From Tubulanus polymorphus (taxonomy: Eukaryota; Animalia; Nemertea): 64,000 nucleotides of DNA. The notes under the pieces were generated by a model. It was not told where the DNA came from. It saw nothing but the letters and a program-made list of their open reading frames with translations, and searched no databases. A program made the position numbers and the translations under genes. Below, one piece after another: positions 11,801 through 23,333 of the stretch (its first letter is position 1; every line of letters starts with the position of its first letter). The stretch is from positions 11,892,275 to 11,956,274 of the forward strand of contig NC_134032.1 of assembly GCF_964204645.1 (NCBI RefSeq), in the 5' to 3' direction.

Positions 11801-14800
11801 CACTGTAACCTGTAACAAAGTTGACGAATTCTATCGTATAAAATTCTATTAGGCCACACAAACAAATACCCTATACACACAAAGAAATACCCTAGTTTCT
11901 CATCAGTTAAAATAAAAAGCTAAACCTGAGACTTATAGAACAGACGCGGGAGGAAAGGTTTTTTTTACCAATGCCAAACAAATACCAGTAATGCAAATAA
12001 AACATATGCAAAAAAAACTTTATTTTGAATTAAGTAGCCCCCCAAAACCTATAAAAACAGACTATATTGACTCATTTAATGGAAACTGAGACGATCATTT
12101 TCGCACTTCCTCAAAATGAAGTAAAAGGAAACGAACCTGGCGCTGTTTTTTTTTTTACCGTAAATGTGGATTACCAGTACGTGGAGTATGAGCATATAAA
12201 TGCCCACAGGAAAAAAAGCCACTTTCGTACACTATACATCCATACGGGCGAGCGGGTTTTAATTTTCATTAAAGAAAAAGACGATTGATGCTTTGCCGAT
12301 GTGGGCGAGCGCATTATTTGTCATTTTAATTTTTATTAGGGACTTTTTTCATGACGCGGGTGGCATCTGACTTTCTTGAGAAACTTGGGTATTTCTTTGT
12401 GTGGCCTGAAAGAAAATTCTTAGAAATTTAAAGACATTCAATGAAAAATATTTTTAAGAGTGTTTTTCGCTTTTAGTTAGAGGAAAGAAAGGCTTCATTA
12501 GAGGAAAGAGTTCAACAAATGAATTTACAGAAAAAAGTAAGATTCACTATGTAGCTTATAATGACTAGAGATTTCAAAACCATTCACTATTATATATGGA
12601 ATTTGAGGAGGCTTGAAATTCTGGGACGCCTGAAAATTTTTGGAATTTCCTCATGGCTGCCCCTCGCAGACCCCATTATCTTTCATCAATGTTTCATCAG
12701 TGTAATCATTGCAATATTCACCCTAATCTGGGTTAAATCCCTAATTTTTATATCCTCTCTCCTTATTTTGAGTTGACATGCCCTGGATCCAAACCCGAGA
12801 TTTAAGATTGGCTAAACCCAACTTGGTGAATGGTCTAAAATAACAATTTTTGGTTAATGTGAATTGTTTTTAAAGGATTTGTTGAATTCTCTGGATGGTT
12901 CGCACCGGGTTATAGCCGACCACGTCTCCTGCAACGAGAAACAGAGGAACGAAATCGATAAACTATCCATCGAGAGCGCTGGGTTTAAAACTCACATCGA
13001 TGAGCTTAGTCGGGGTCTGGATACAAAGACTAAACAACTACAAGAACAAGAGGATCTACACGAAGAGGCCTTGATCAACTGGAATCAGAAGGTAAAGATT
13101 TGTAATTTATTCAAATTTCGGTCAGTCTGATCATCTAGAGTCAATTTATAGTTAACTGGACCCAATTCCAAAGATGGGGGTTAGAATTTTACTCTGAGTT
13201 TTTAATAACTGTAAATCTAACAGGCAACTGTGGAACTGGGTCCAGGAGTTGAAACCATATTAAATAAGAATGAATTGACTCCAAGCAAAGGAATCAGAGT
13301 CAAAGTCAATTTTAGAACTCTGTGATTCCTGATTGTTCTATAGGAAAAAGATGCACAGGTGAAGTTTGACGAGTTTAACGTTGAATTGGATGACCTTCGC
13401 AAAGAATTCAGTAACCTTGAACAGGTCCGTTTCAAATTAACTGAAAATAATTCACAGTTACAACTAAATCTACAGAAATACAAGGTTTGTAAAGTCCTCT
13501 GAAGAATTGTTTTCTCGAAAGAAAATGACTCCCAAATTCGTTAGAAATCATTGTCATCATTTTTAAGGACCTGTTGAATTGTGAAAAACGTGAGAACCAA
13601 GTTCAGACTGATTACGTGACTGTGGTTGCTATTGAGGTGCAGACGGATAGTGACTGGTTGGAATCTGTTTGTCGCATGACTAGAGAACTTGAAGAAAGTC
13701 AGAATAAAGGTAGCAATGTCTTTGGGGAATGGATTCTTGAATTTGGGAACAAATTCATCCAAGACTTATCCCATGAGAATAAAGCCAAAACTAAAGGGGC
13801 CAAGCTTAAGGATTTATCTCTCAGGATTTCAACTTGGATACCCAGACTATAAAACCTGGCCAATAGAAGGATTCATCTGTAAGGATCAATTTGACACCTA
13901 GTCGTTAAAAGCTGACCCAGATAAAAGATTTAAAGCTAAAGACTCTAGACGAATCCCCCAAGGATTAATGAAAAAAGAACTTTCATTTTTCATGGGGTAT
14001 AGAGTTTGTGTTATTGGTATCTTTTTCATTTAAAATGTTCGGTTTTTTTTTTTTTTTCATTTATAGTGAAAGCATTGCTGAATAAAGTTGAGAATTATGA
14101 AGATCTAGTAGCGGACAGCGAAAAATTGACGAAACAGTTACAAGATCTAAACAAATCTTGTGAACCTCCTCCTGAACCAGTTCATACTACTACAAATTCA
14201 ACACAAACTGAATCCAATTCTGAGAAAATTCTACCCCAAATCTATGAAAATACATTGAAAGCTTTGAAAAATCCTTCTGCAAATAGTTCTTTAGTAAGAT
14301 CTGAAAATGATAGATCTCTTCCTGAAAAGATTTGTAGTTCATCTTCAATTGATGTCCAACTTTCTGATCTTGCCTCCATTCCTTCGATCAAATCTGGGAC
14401 TGATTCAAACTTTCCAGATTTCAATATGGATGTCCAACCTTCTGCCGTTACCTCTGCTTCTTTGAACAATTCTAGAATTGGTTCTAATGCATCTGATTTT
14501 CCAAATTCTATTTCATCTTCATCTGATGTTGGCCAACCTTCTCACCTGGGTTGTACTTTGTTATCAAAATCTGAAATTCCGTCCGAGCAACTTCCAGGCC
14601 AAATCTCCAATCCATCTTTGATGGAAACTGGCCAAACCTCTGACGAGGACTGTTCTGCAACAAAATCTAACACTGGGTCCAATCAACTGCCAGACCAAGT
14701 CTCAAATTTGTCTTTGATGGAAGGTCAACAATCTCCTGATCTATTCACCACCAATAGTCATCTGGCTGTGAAAGTTCATATAAACGAGTCTGATGATAAA

Positions 14801-17139
14801 TCTGCAGAACCTCTAAATGAATCCCATCATAATTCATTTAATGGTCTTAGTTCAGGTCAAACTGAAGTCACTGAAACTTTTGACATCCCTGAGACTCCTC
14901 CTGAAGTCACAAAGACTGTTGTACACTCTGATAATGCAATATTGTCTGATGTTGAAATCGCCAAAGTCTCTTTGCTATCGCCAACTAAGGACGTAGCTTC
15001 TAGCAATAACATCGTTGAAGAAGTTTCCATAAAGGAAAAACTTAATGTCAACAATATTCAGGTTAAAAATCCAAGAATTGTAGCTGATTCTGATTCTAAA
15101 TCTGATAAAGAATCCTGCACTAGGGATTGTCTCAGCTTCTCACCCCAGAACAGAAACGAATCCTCTGTGAATTCTTTTGATTGTGGTAGCAATTTCTCTG
15201 GCATTTCTACGACTTGGAAGGGACCGAATGAATGTTTTACCAAAACTCCAGTTCAAAATGATCCTAGCATTACAACAACTTTGATAGGACCTGGAGTTTC
15301 TTCAGTTACAAATGATTGTACCATTTCAACACCTCAAAATGTACTTCACAATTTTCCCATTTCTTCCTTGGTTCCGGACAAACTCTACCATTTTGCTAGT
15401 ATTTCTTCGAATGAATGCAGCATTTCTTCCGAGATTCCCACAACTTCGTTAGACATGCTTCCTAATATATCTGAAGAATATAAAGCTAAAAGCAACTTGA
15501 ACTTCGATTTAACCGATAGCAAAATTGTTGAAAATACCGTTGCTAGCACAGAGGTTCTCGAAGAAGGACCTGTTTGTCCTAAGTCTAGATCTTCCTCAAG
15601 TTCTAAATATCCAAGCAGATCAGAGTTTGATACCGCTAATTGTGAAAAAGGTTGCAATTCAAACGTCGAAAATCAATCCGCTCCTAATTTGAAGTTGGAC
15701 ATGCGCAAAATTGGAAATTCTTCGGAAATACCAACTTGCAGTAAAGGTTTAGAGTCACAAATCTCGGGGAAACCTGATTCGAAGCCCTCATGCGTGGAGA
15801 AGATCTTCGTACGCGAGCAGCCGATATTGTTATCCAATCTTACAACGGGGATCGGTGCCAAACCGTCTGCTCTTGGAACAGCAGCGCCCTCTATGGCGAA
15901 GATACAGCGAGACGTTATAGCATCATTTCTCAATAAAATCGCTCCGTCTTACGATGGGCGTGGAGATGAACCGGCTAGACTCAACACCACTGGTAGAATA
16001 AATCGTGATTTCAACTTAAGAAACCTTTTCTTTTCAAAAATGGAAAGTCTTTTGAATATTCCTTTTCGTTGTAGGTGCCGGGAAGGTGAAACAAGATAGA
16101 CCACGTTTGACGTCAGATGTAATGTTCTTTAAAAACGAAAATCTGAATATTGTTTCAGCAAATGACGCAGTGGGCAGGAATTCAAATGTACGACCAGAAA
16201 GACCAGGTTTTGTTAAACCTATAGGGCTAAGAAAAATTATAACTAGTTATTGATGATGATTTTCTCATTCTCGATAACTCAAACAATTAGGTAAAACTAT
16301 GAATTCGGAATTTACTTTCAGAGAAAACGTCAATTTGTACCTCCAACTGGGAACAATCCGGGAATTTTGAATGGTAAACGTTTTAACTAAAAAAATAAGT
16401 TAATTTTCAACCAAAAAATTGACAACCTGCAATATTTGTCTGTGAAACTGAATTTCAGATGATGCGATCAGTAAAACAAGGGTTAATTCCGAGAAAAAAG
16501 TGCGCTTTAGTCCTTGCAACGATACTCAATCTAAAGCACAGGTGAGAAAAATGAAAACATCGACTGGAATAATGAGTCTGACATGTTTCCTTGAGCTAGT
16601 AGTTTATTCATATTTATTCTACAAATATTATTTGATAAGCTATAAAAGCAATATTTCATTCATAAAGTGGGATTTTCATGTTATCATTTTAATCTGGAGA
16701 GAGTGTATGTATAAGCAATGGTCATAACATCAGTGGCGTTGGAAGCGCAGCGGCCATAGCCATGGCAATAATTTTACTGAATGAAGTTTTTTTTCTTTGA
16801 ATACCACGTTTTTGAAGAAATTAAGTACCAGTTAATGCGCCGCGGCAATATTTAGAACCTGTCCAAAATCAGCATCTGGCCGTGGCAATCAAAAATTGCT
16901 TCCAATGCCCCTGCATTAACCAGTTGACTGCAAGGGCTTTTCCTGGGGAGGGCGTGAAAGCTGAGATTAGCCGAATTAGAAGATTCTTTGGTGTCCCAGA
17001 GAGTTCCGTCTGAAAAGAGAAACAAGGTAACAATTTCTTTAGCCTAAATGTTTGATTTTGACTTATTAATTCACTTCAGCGGAAACAGTTTACTGGGGAC
17101 GATTCATTGTTTTCGGATGATGATTTCAACAACAACTGA
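8804..17139 (+). CDS. Multi-exon protein: N-terminal coiled coil plus long Ser/Asn-rich low-complexity region; 5' exon not located
   Basis: Phase-consistent GT-AG exons 8804-9011, 12477-12536 (LEERKASLEERVQQMNLQKK), 12876-13091, 13344-13484, 13568-13709 and 14067-15992. Further exons at about 16075, 16322-16373 and 16459-16541 (EKKVRFSP), and a last exon 17080-17139 (RKQFTGDDSLFSDDDFNNN*). The 3' junctions between 16075 and 17030 are not fully resolved. Confidence 0.8.
9041..9603 (+). mobile_element. About 560-bp non-autonomous DNA transposon, about 30-bp TIRs, TA on both flanks
   Basis: ta|ggccacataaagaaataccctagtttctca ... tgagaaactagggtatttctttgtgtggcc|ta. Confidence 0.85.
10692..11642 (+). 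CDS. Intronless class A (rhodopsin-like) orphan GPCR, peptide-receptor-like/chemoreceptor-like, nested in an intron
   Basis: 316 aa with 7 hydrophobic segments; GN in TM1, LSISD in TM2, SLERA (DRY-equivalent), LP in TM5 and TM6, NFYIY (NPxxY-equivalent) and helix 8 GREIR. Confidence 0.92.
   Translation: MNSTEMRIGRTYNSYTILRSVMNRFGSYRTVSLVMLPTLFLLGAFGNSATFLVMISRRFRSLSYANYLIILSISDSMFCLNSTLMPVLQFVLSHPGVGPIFIMKSLTSCQIYEFTMGLTIINSSWFIVVISLERAAVVLFPFTSRLICTPRFARFTIFIIIAVNVTFLYFSPILSIHFPDRFFGCYYKLLDQISYFTIFVIHSYILPLTLIITSNSLIIIQLFRGSKMVSSDQKTTKSKRTTIMLVTVSLAFAIFTLPTSITTYLPVTPDQRNFLYDIFIQFQVCNYVTNFYIYLLLGREIREYFCMKIRCNQSVK
11852..12406 (+). mobile_element. Second copy of the 9041-9603 TIR element, same orientation, with a partially duplicated left TIR
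   Basis: ggccacacaaacaaataccctatacacacaaagaaataccctagtttctcatcag ... ttcttgagaaacttgggtatttctttgtgtggcc. The interior (gaaactgagacgatcatttt, gtaaaaggaaacgaacctggcgctg) is shared with 9041-9603. Confidence 0.85.
16731..16913. mobile_element. Intronic MITE
   Basis: Inverted ends cagtggcgttggaagc ... gcttccaatgcccctg. Confidence 0.6.
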
Positions 17140-19117
17140 GTGCCATAGCGACGACAATGAGTAAACATTGAAGCCATAGATGATCTTATGCTTGTTGTGA
17201 AAATTACTACAGTCAACCCTTCCGATATAGCGCCCACATCAGCAATTAAGGGTTTTGGTAAAATAGAAAGTGGTGGTGTATTAGGGATTAGTTGTAATTA
17301 TAGTAAACTCTGCCTATAGTGGTAGCTAAATGTTACTGGCCAAATTTACTGACAATTTATTGATAAAACAGCTGTATGCATAGATTTTCAATTTTTTTCA
17401 CATTGGCAAACGGTAGGGACAGAAAATTACTGATTTAAACGGATTACAGAATCGACCAGTACCATTTTGGGTGGAGTCTACTCATGTTCGAAAGCAAAAT
17501 ACAGATGCTCTTTTCTCAGAAAAAATGGGGTTTGGGGTTTATCAGGTGTTGTCTACCAGGGGTTGATTGTAATTCTAATTATGTGATAAAGAAGAGAATT
17601 TTACCTCATGTGCAATTTTGTTTTGTTTATTCTTAAATGATGTTTAAGCTTTGATTTCGATTTTGTTCATCAATTGTTAACATTTTTTGTTAATTTTTCA
17701 ATAAAATTAAATTTTGGCAATGGCTATATTCTATTGTTGATTTCTTATTGATCATTTTATTGAAAAAAGAACCAGCAACTGCCAGATGGGATAGACCCAG
17801 CCTATTGATGCTGATGCTGAATGGTGATAAACAATAGGAGTCCCAGCCTAATCTGCTGATTGCGATAGGTATTTTCAGGACGAAGAGAAGATAGGATATC
17901 CTGGGTCCAAAGCCAAATAATCTGGATGCTGAAAAGGAGACTAATGACAATTCCGATGTGTACGCCATCTATTGGAATTTCGATGAACTGTCTAGTTGAA
18001 TTCTCACTGCCCTGTCTATTGATAATTATTCCGCTTAGTGACCTGGATGCTGAGTAGAGGATAGACGCTGGCGGCCAAGTTCCAGACCCTTATGTAAATG
18101 ATTCTGAGTGGTCTGGATGCTGGACAGGGGCGTCCCAGGTTCGAACTCCGTCTATTGTTAGTCATTATGAATAGTTTGGATGATGCAAAAGGGATGTCCC
18201 GAAGTGTGGATTCATTTCCAATCCCTTGCAGAATGTTAAGTTCACTTAATTCTCAACAGAGGAATCCATTCCCGTTTGTGTACCGATGTATTAGAAATGC
18301 TATCAAAATCAACATAAAAGATTTATTGTGATTTTAGTTCACTGAAAATCCGATAGATGGCGACTATCAATTGAAAATCCCTTTAGACACCAATCAGAAT
18401 CCTCAAAACCCCCCGAAATGAAAAATAAACATTGTCTAACATGCATTTATGAATTCAAAAACATTTCAAATTACATGTAATTTAGTTAGTTAGGCAACGT
18501 AATTATTTGTCCATCGTTATTGACCTTATCTAAAAACGACCGTATACTTTGAATGAAAGAATTCAGAGCCTCTGGGGTCTAAATGGCATTTCGATGCTTT
18601 ACCCCTTCTGGTGGATTTTCAATGAACTAAAATCATAATAGCTCCTTTGTATGGAATTCATACTGTTTTTAGAGTAATATGAACGTACACTGAGAATATT
18701 ACTGTGGCAGTCGATGGATTCCATCTCTGGCAGTCGAGTGTTTGGTAAGAGCTCACGGAGACAAAATTAGTTTTCAAAATTAAATACTGTTTTGAGATGC
18801 TTACTTCTATCTATCTATCGCCTAAGTAAACCGTTCAGTTGTTTTTGAAAAAATATTTCTTTTTCAGAAATCTGCTTTTGGGTAAAATGTATGATGGTGA
18901 GCCAAGTCAAGTCGTCTTGTTATTTGGTTTTGAAAGCATTCAAAAAACCCTATTGTCAATTCACCATGAGCTGCATTAGAACGTCTGGTTGCAGAAAAAA
19001 AAGATTCAATTTCATAGCTCTATATTTCACACACATAAAGCTTTTAGCAGATGAAATAGATAAAATCGCCAAGTTAAGAATTACGGATTAAAGTAACGAT
19101 AGCTTTCAGCAGACTTA

Positions 19118-20071
19118 ATGGCGATCAATCAGTCGATTGCGTTAAGACTATACAGTTTGGTAATTGCGGACGTGAAGTTTATTCATAGGAAGCGATACCC
19201 GACGGCATTCATAGCGGGTACAGGCGCCAATATGGTTCTAGTCGCTCTGTTCGGTTTAGTCGGCAATGCGTTGATCATGATGCTGATGTTGACGCCTAAA
19301 TTCCGTAAACGATACTACGGTAATTTGTTTCTGATTCTCGCCGCATCCGACAGTAGTTTGATATGTATCTATCTATTGATCCATCTCAATGCAGTTTATC
19401 ACCACGTGAACGGAACTATTTTGATTAACATACGTCGCAGCGATTCCGTTTGTAAATTAGTATCACTGATCTATGCAGTTCTGGTGTCATCGGGACCGAA
19501 CCTTCTTAGCCTATTGTCTCTGGAACGAGCCTGCATCGTACGGTTCCCGTTTCAAGGACCTCGATTCTGGAATTCGAACACGGCCAGACTTATTTCTGCG
19601 GTATATGTTTTTGCTATGGTCAGCATTCCTTCATCTGAAGCGAGCGATGTGCTGTACATAAACGGAACCGGATGCGTCCACACAACCGACCAAACCGTAA
19701 ATAAAGCACTTCAAATTGTATGTATTTTATTCATACCGTGTTCGGCGATTATAATCTCCACGACGTTGATAGTTGTAACTTTAATGTTCAATCGTTTGAA
19801 GAAAATCCATTCGTCCGCATCAGTATCTCTAATGGTGGCCACTACGTGCGTACTGTACCTACTGTTAAGTCTGCCGGCCAATATCATTTGGATGAGGTCT
19901 TGGATCGATTCGAACGTCACACAATCGCAGATCGCATTCAAAATAGCCGACACGATTTATAGTTGGAATTGGGCGGTGAATTTCTACATCTATGTACTGA
20001 CGGGTAGAGAAATACGCGAGACGTTATGGCGTTATTTACCTCGCTTCCGAAAAAAATTACAAAAACCTTAA
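19118..20071 (+). CDS. Intronless class A orphan GPCR, copy 1
   Basis: 317 aa, 7TM; GN, LAASD, SLERA, LP and NWAVNFYIY motifs; same broad family as 10692-11642. Confidence 0.92.
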   Translation: MAINQSIALRLYSLVIADVKFIHRKRYPTAFIAGTGANMVLVALFGLVGNALIMMLMLTPKFRKRYYGNLFLILAASDSSLICIYLLIHLNAVYHHVNGTILINIRRSDSVCKLVSLIYAVLVSSGPNLLSLLSLERACIVRFPFQGPRFWNSNTARLISAVYVFAMVSIPSSEASDVLYINGTGCVHTTDQTVNKALQIVCILFIPCSAIIISTTLIVVTLMFNRLKKIHSSASVSLMVATTCVLYLLLSLPANIIWMRSWIDSNVTQSQIAFKIADTIYSWNWAVNFYIYVLTGREIRETLWRYLPRFRKKLQKP

Positions 20072-20149
20072 AGGCCGACGAGCACTGTAAAAGACCAATC
20101 AATGTCAAAGATGGCAGTGTCCATGAAGCCATGGTACAGTAAAGAGCTT

Positions 20150-20259
20150 CAAGGCCGTCGGAAGGAGATGGGCCGTGGTGTCCAGGGCCAACCAACTTTT
20201 TGGGGTGCCAAAGTTTTTTTTCATCGAAACCATGACCTTTTGCTCTTCCGACGGGCCTG
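20150..20259. mobile_element. MITE 3' of each triplicated GPCR (also 23418-23577 and 26561-26720); copy 1 is internally deleted
   Basis: TIRs caaggccgtcggaag / cttccgacgggcctg, flanked by agctt / agctc. Confidence 0.7.
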
Positions 20260-21260
20260 AGCTCCAATGGCTGGAACTGGTTGGTTTTTCCCCTATTTTC
20301 CCCCAGTCAATTCGGATCCTTCTTCTTGTCAGACACATTTAGTGTTTATACGTAATACATTCATTTCTGCATTCGGAAATATGTTTAGGCTCACGCCTAT
20401 GAGATTATGAGCTATTTAGTAGGTATTTTCGTCAGAAGTTTAATCTTTGAATGGCATGAAGGGAGGAATTTGAATCAGACTAGTTTAGCTTGCATAGCAC
20501 AATGAACAGTTACGGTAGCGTCATGTACCATTTAGTGCGTGCTGGAGCCAGTTCCACAGTGTTGTGACTAGATTAACTGTGGGTTAGAATTAGTTCATTT
20601 TCAATGTTTTAACTCTGAGTCAAATCTTAACTCAGAACTGTGGAACCGGGCCCTGATGACTAAATCATTATTCATTATTCTCTCTAAATCAGATTTGGCA
20701 AACAATGGACTTAAATCATTATGAAAAAAACACTGTGGTGATGATGGCTAAACAATCATCCTTTACATTCTCTAAATAGAAATATCTATATGGAAATAGA
20801 ATAGTGATAAAACGATGGTGGTGGAGCGACAATCAATCCTTCATAGGCTGAAACATGGGTACAATTATCATACAAAAACCAATGCAATTTTCGAATTCAT
20901 AAAATTGACGATTTCGGTGTGTGCGAATATGACGTTGTTGATCAAGAATGTCTTTATGTCTCAACAAAACCTTATGTTAATTATTCTTAGCCGCCTGGAT
21001 GCTGCACTGGGGTATCCCAGGTTCGAATCCAGTATAGTGTTCCCGATTCAGAGCGGTCTGTACTATGCTGTACAAGGGAGTCACAAGTTCGAACCTGACT
21101 TTTTTTAGTGATTCTGAATGGTTAGGATGATGCAAAAGAGATGTCCTGAAGTTTAGATTCATTTCCACTCCGTTCCTGAGGGTTAAGTTCCCAGTTTAGA
21201 TTCCCACCGGAGGGGACCATTCACACCGATGTATTAGAATTGCTATCGAGATCAACATAA

Positions 21261-21761
21261 AAGGTCTATTGTGATTTTAGTTCACTAAAAATCCGATAGA
21301 TGGCGACTATAAATTGAAAACCCCTTTAGACACCAATCAGAATCTTCAAAACCCCCGAAATTAAAATAAACATTGTCTAACATACTTTTATGAATTCAAA
21401 AACATTTCAAATTACTTGTAATTTAGTTAATTAAGCAACGTAATTATTTGTCTAACGTTATTGACCTTATCTAGAAACGACTGTATACTTTGAATTAAGA
21501 ATTCAGCCAGAGACTCGTTTACTTGTATCAGGGAAAACAGTCGTTTCTTTATAAGTTCAATAACTTTAGACAAATAATTACGTTGTCAAATTAATTGTTT
21601 TACGAGTAATTTGAATATGTTTTGAATTCATAAACATATCTAAAACACTGCATATTGTCATTTCGGGAGGTTTTTGTAATTTTCTCTGGGGTCTAAAGGG
21701 CGTTTCGATGCTTTACCCCCTCTGTTGGATTTTCACTGAACTAAAATCACAATAGATCTTT
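21261..21761. mobile_element. About 500-bp foldback element with long (about 220 bp) imperfect inverted arms; copies at about 18322-18645 (deleted), 24571-25071 and 32056-32500
   Basis: Outer arms aggtctattgtgattttagttcact...aatcc / ggattttcactgaactaaaatcacaatagatct. Inner arms caacgtaattatttgtctaacgttattga / tcaataactttagacaaataattacgttg. Confidence 0.85.
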
Positions 21762-22385
21762 TGTAAAGAATTCATATAGATTTCCATAGAGTAATAAGAT
21801 ATAAGATACTATTGTGGCAGTCGAAGGATTCCTTCTCTAGCAGTTTATTCCCGGGATATTTTCTTTTTTTCTTACGAAACCTCAATCGAATTTCACCATA
21901 ATGGTTCGTTCAGAGGCCAGTCTCGATTACATTATTTGATCTCATTTTTTTGGCCAAAGCGAACTCTGTGGCCAGTGGTTTCAGCTGAGTGTCTTGTAAG
22001 AGTTCAAGGAGATAAGATTAGTTCTCGAAATTAAATGCTGTTGTGAGATGCTTTTTCTATCTATCTATCTATCGTATTATAATAAAGTAATAAACCTTTC
22101 AGTGGTTTTTGAAAAAATATTTCTTTCTTAAATCTGCTTTTGAGTAAAATATATGATGATGAGCCAAGTCGTCTTGCTATTTGGTTTTCAAAGCATTCAA
22201 AACCCTATTGTCATTTTAACATGTGCTGCATAGAGCGTCTGGTTGCAGAAAAAAGATTAAATTGAAATTCCAAAGCTCTATATTCCACATACATAGATAA
22301 AGCTTTTAGCATTGGAAGAAATAAATAAATTCGCTGCTAAGTTAAGAATTACGGATTAAAGTAACGATTGCTTTCAGCAGACTTA

Positions 22386-23333
22386 ATGGCGATCAATCAG
22401 TCGATGGCGTTAAGACTATACAGTCTGGTAATTGCGGACGTGAAGTTTATTCATAGGAAGCGATATCCGACGGCATTCATAGTGGGTACAGGCGCCAATA
22501 TGGTTCTGGTCGCTCTGTTCGGTTTAGTCGGCAATGCGTTGATCATGATGCTGATGTTGACGCCTAAATTCCGTAAACGATACTACGGTAATTTGTTTAT
22601 GATTCTCGCCGCATCAGACAGTAGTTTGATATGTATCTATTTATTGATCCATCTCAATGCAGTTTATCACCACGTGAACGGAACTATTTTGATTAACATA
22701 CGTCGCAGCGATTCCGTTTGTAAACTAGTATCATTGATCTATGCAGTTCTGACGTCATCGGGACCGAACCTTCTTAGTCTATTGTCTCTGGAACGAGCCT
22801 GCATCGTACGGTTCCCGTTCCAAGGACCTCGATTCTGGAATTCAAATACAGCCAGACTTACTTCTGCGGTATACGTTTTCGCAATGGTCAGCATTCATTC
22901 ATCTGACGCGAGCGATGTGCTGTACATAAACGGAACCGGATGCGTCCACACAACCGACCAAACCGTAAATAAAGCACTTCAAATTGTTTGTATTTTATTC
23001 ATACCGTGTTCGGCGATTATAATCTCCACGACGCTGATAGTTGTAACTTTAATGTTCAATCGTTTGGAGAAAATCCATTCGTCTTCATCAGTATCAATGA
23101 TGGTGGTCACTACGTGCGTACTGTACCTACTGTTAAGTCTCCCGGCCAATATCATTTGGATGAGGTCTTGGATCGATCCAAACGTTTCTCAATCGCAGAT
23201 CGCATTCAAAATAGCCGACACGATTTATAGTTGGAATTGGGCGGTGAATTTCTACATCTATGTACTGACGGGTAGAGAAATACGCGAGACGTTACGGCGT
23301 TATTTACCTCGCTTCCGAAAAAAATTACAATAA
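22386..23333 (+). CDS. Intronless class A orphan GPCR, copy 2
   Basis: Near-identical paralog of 19118-20071; true ATG at 22386; AAA>TAA removes the last 2 codons. Confidence 0.92.
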   Translation: MAINQSMALRLYSLVIADVKFIHRKRYPTAFIVGTGANMVLVALFGLVGNALIMMLMLTPKFRKRYYGNLFMILAASDSSLICIYLLIHLNAVYHHVNGTILINIRRSDSVCKLVSLIYAVLTSSGPNLLSLLSLERACIVRFPFQGPRFWNSNTARLTSAVYVFAMVSIHSSDASDVLYINGTGCVHTTDQTVNKALQIVCILFIPCSAIIISTTLIVVTLMFNRLEKIHSSSSVSMMVVTTCVLYLLLSLPANIIWMRSWIDPNVSQSQIAFKIADTIYSWNWAVNFYIYVLTGREIRETLRRYLPRFRKKLQ

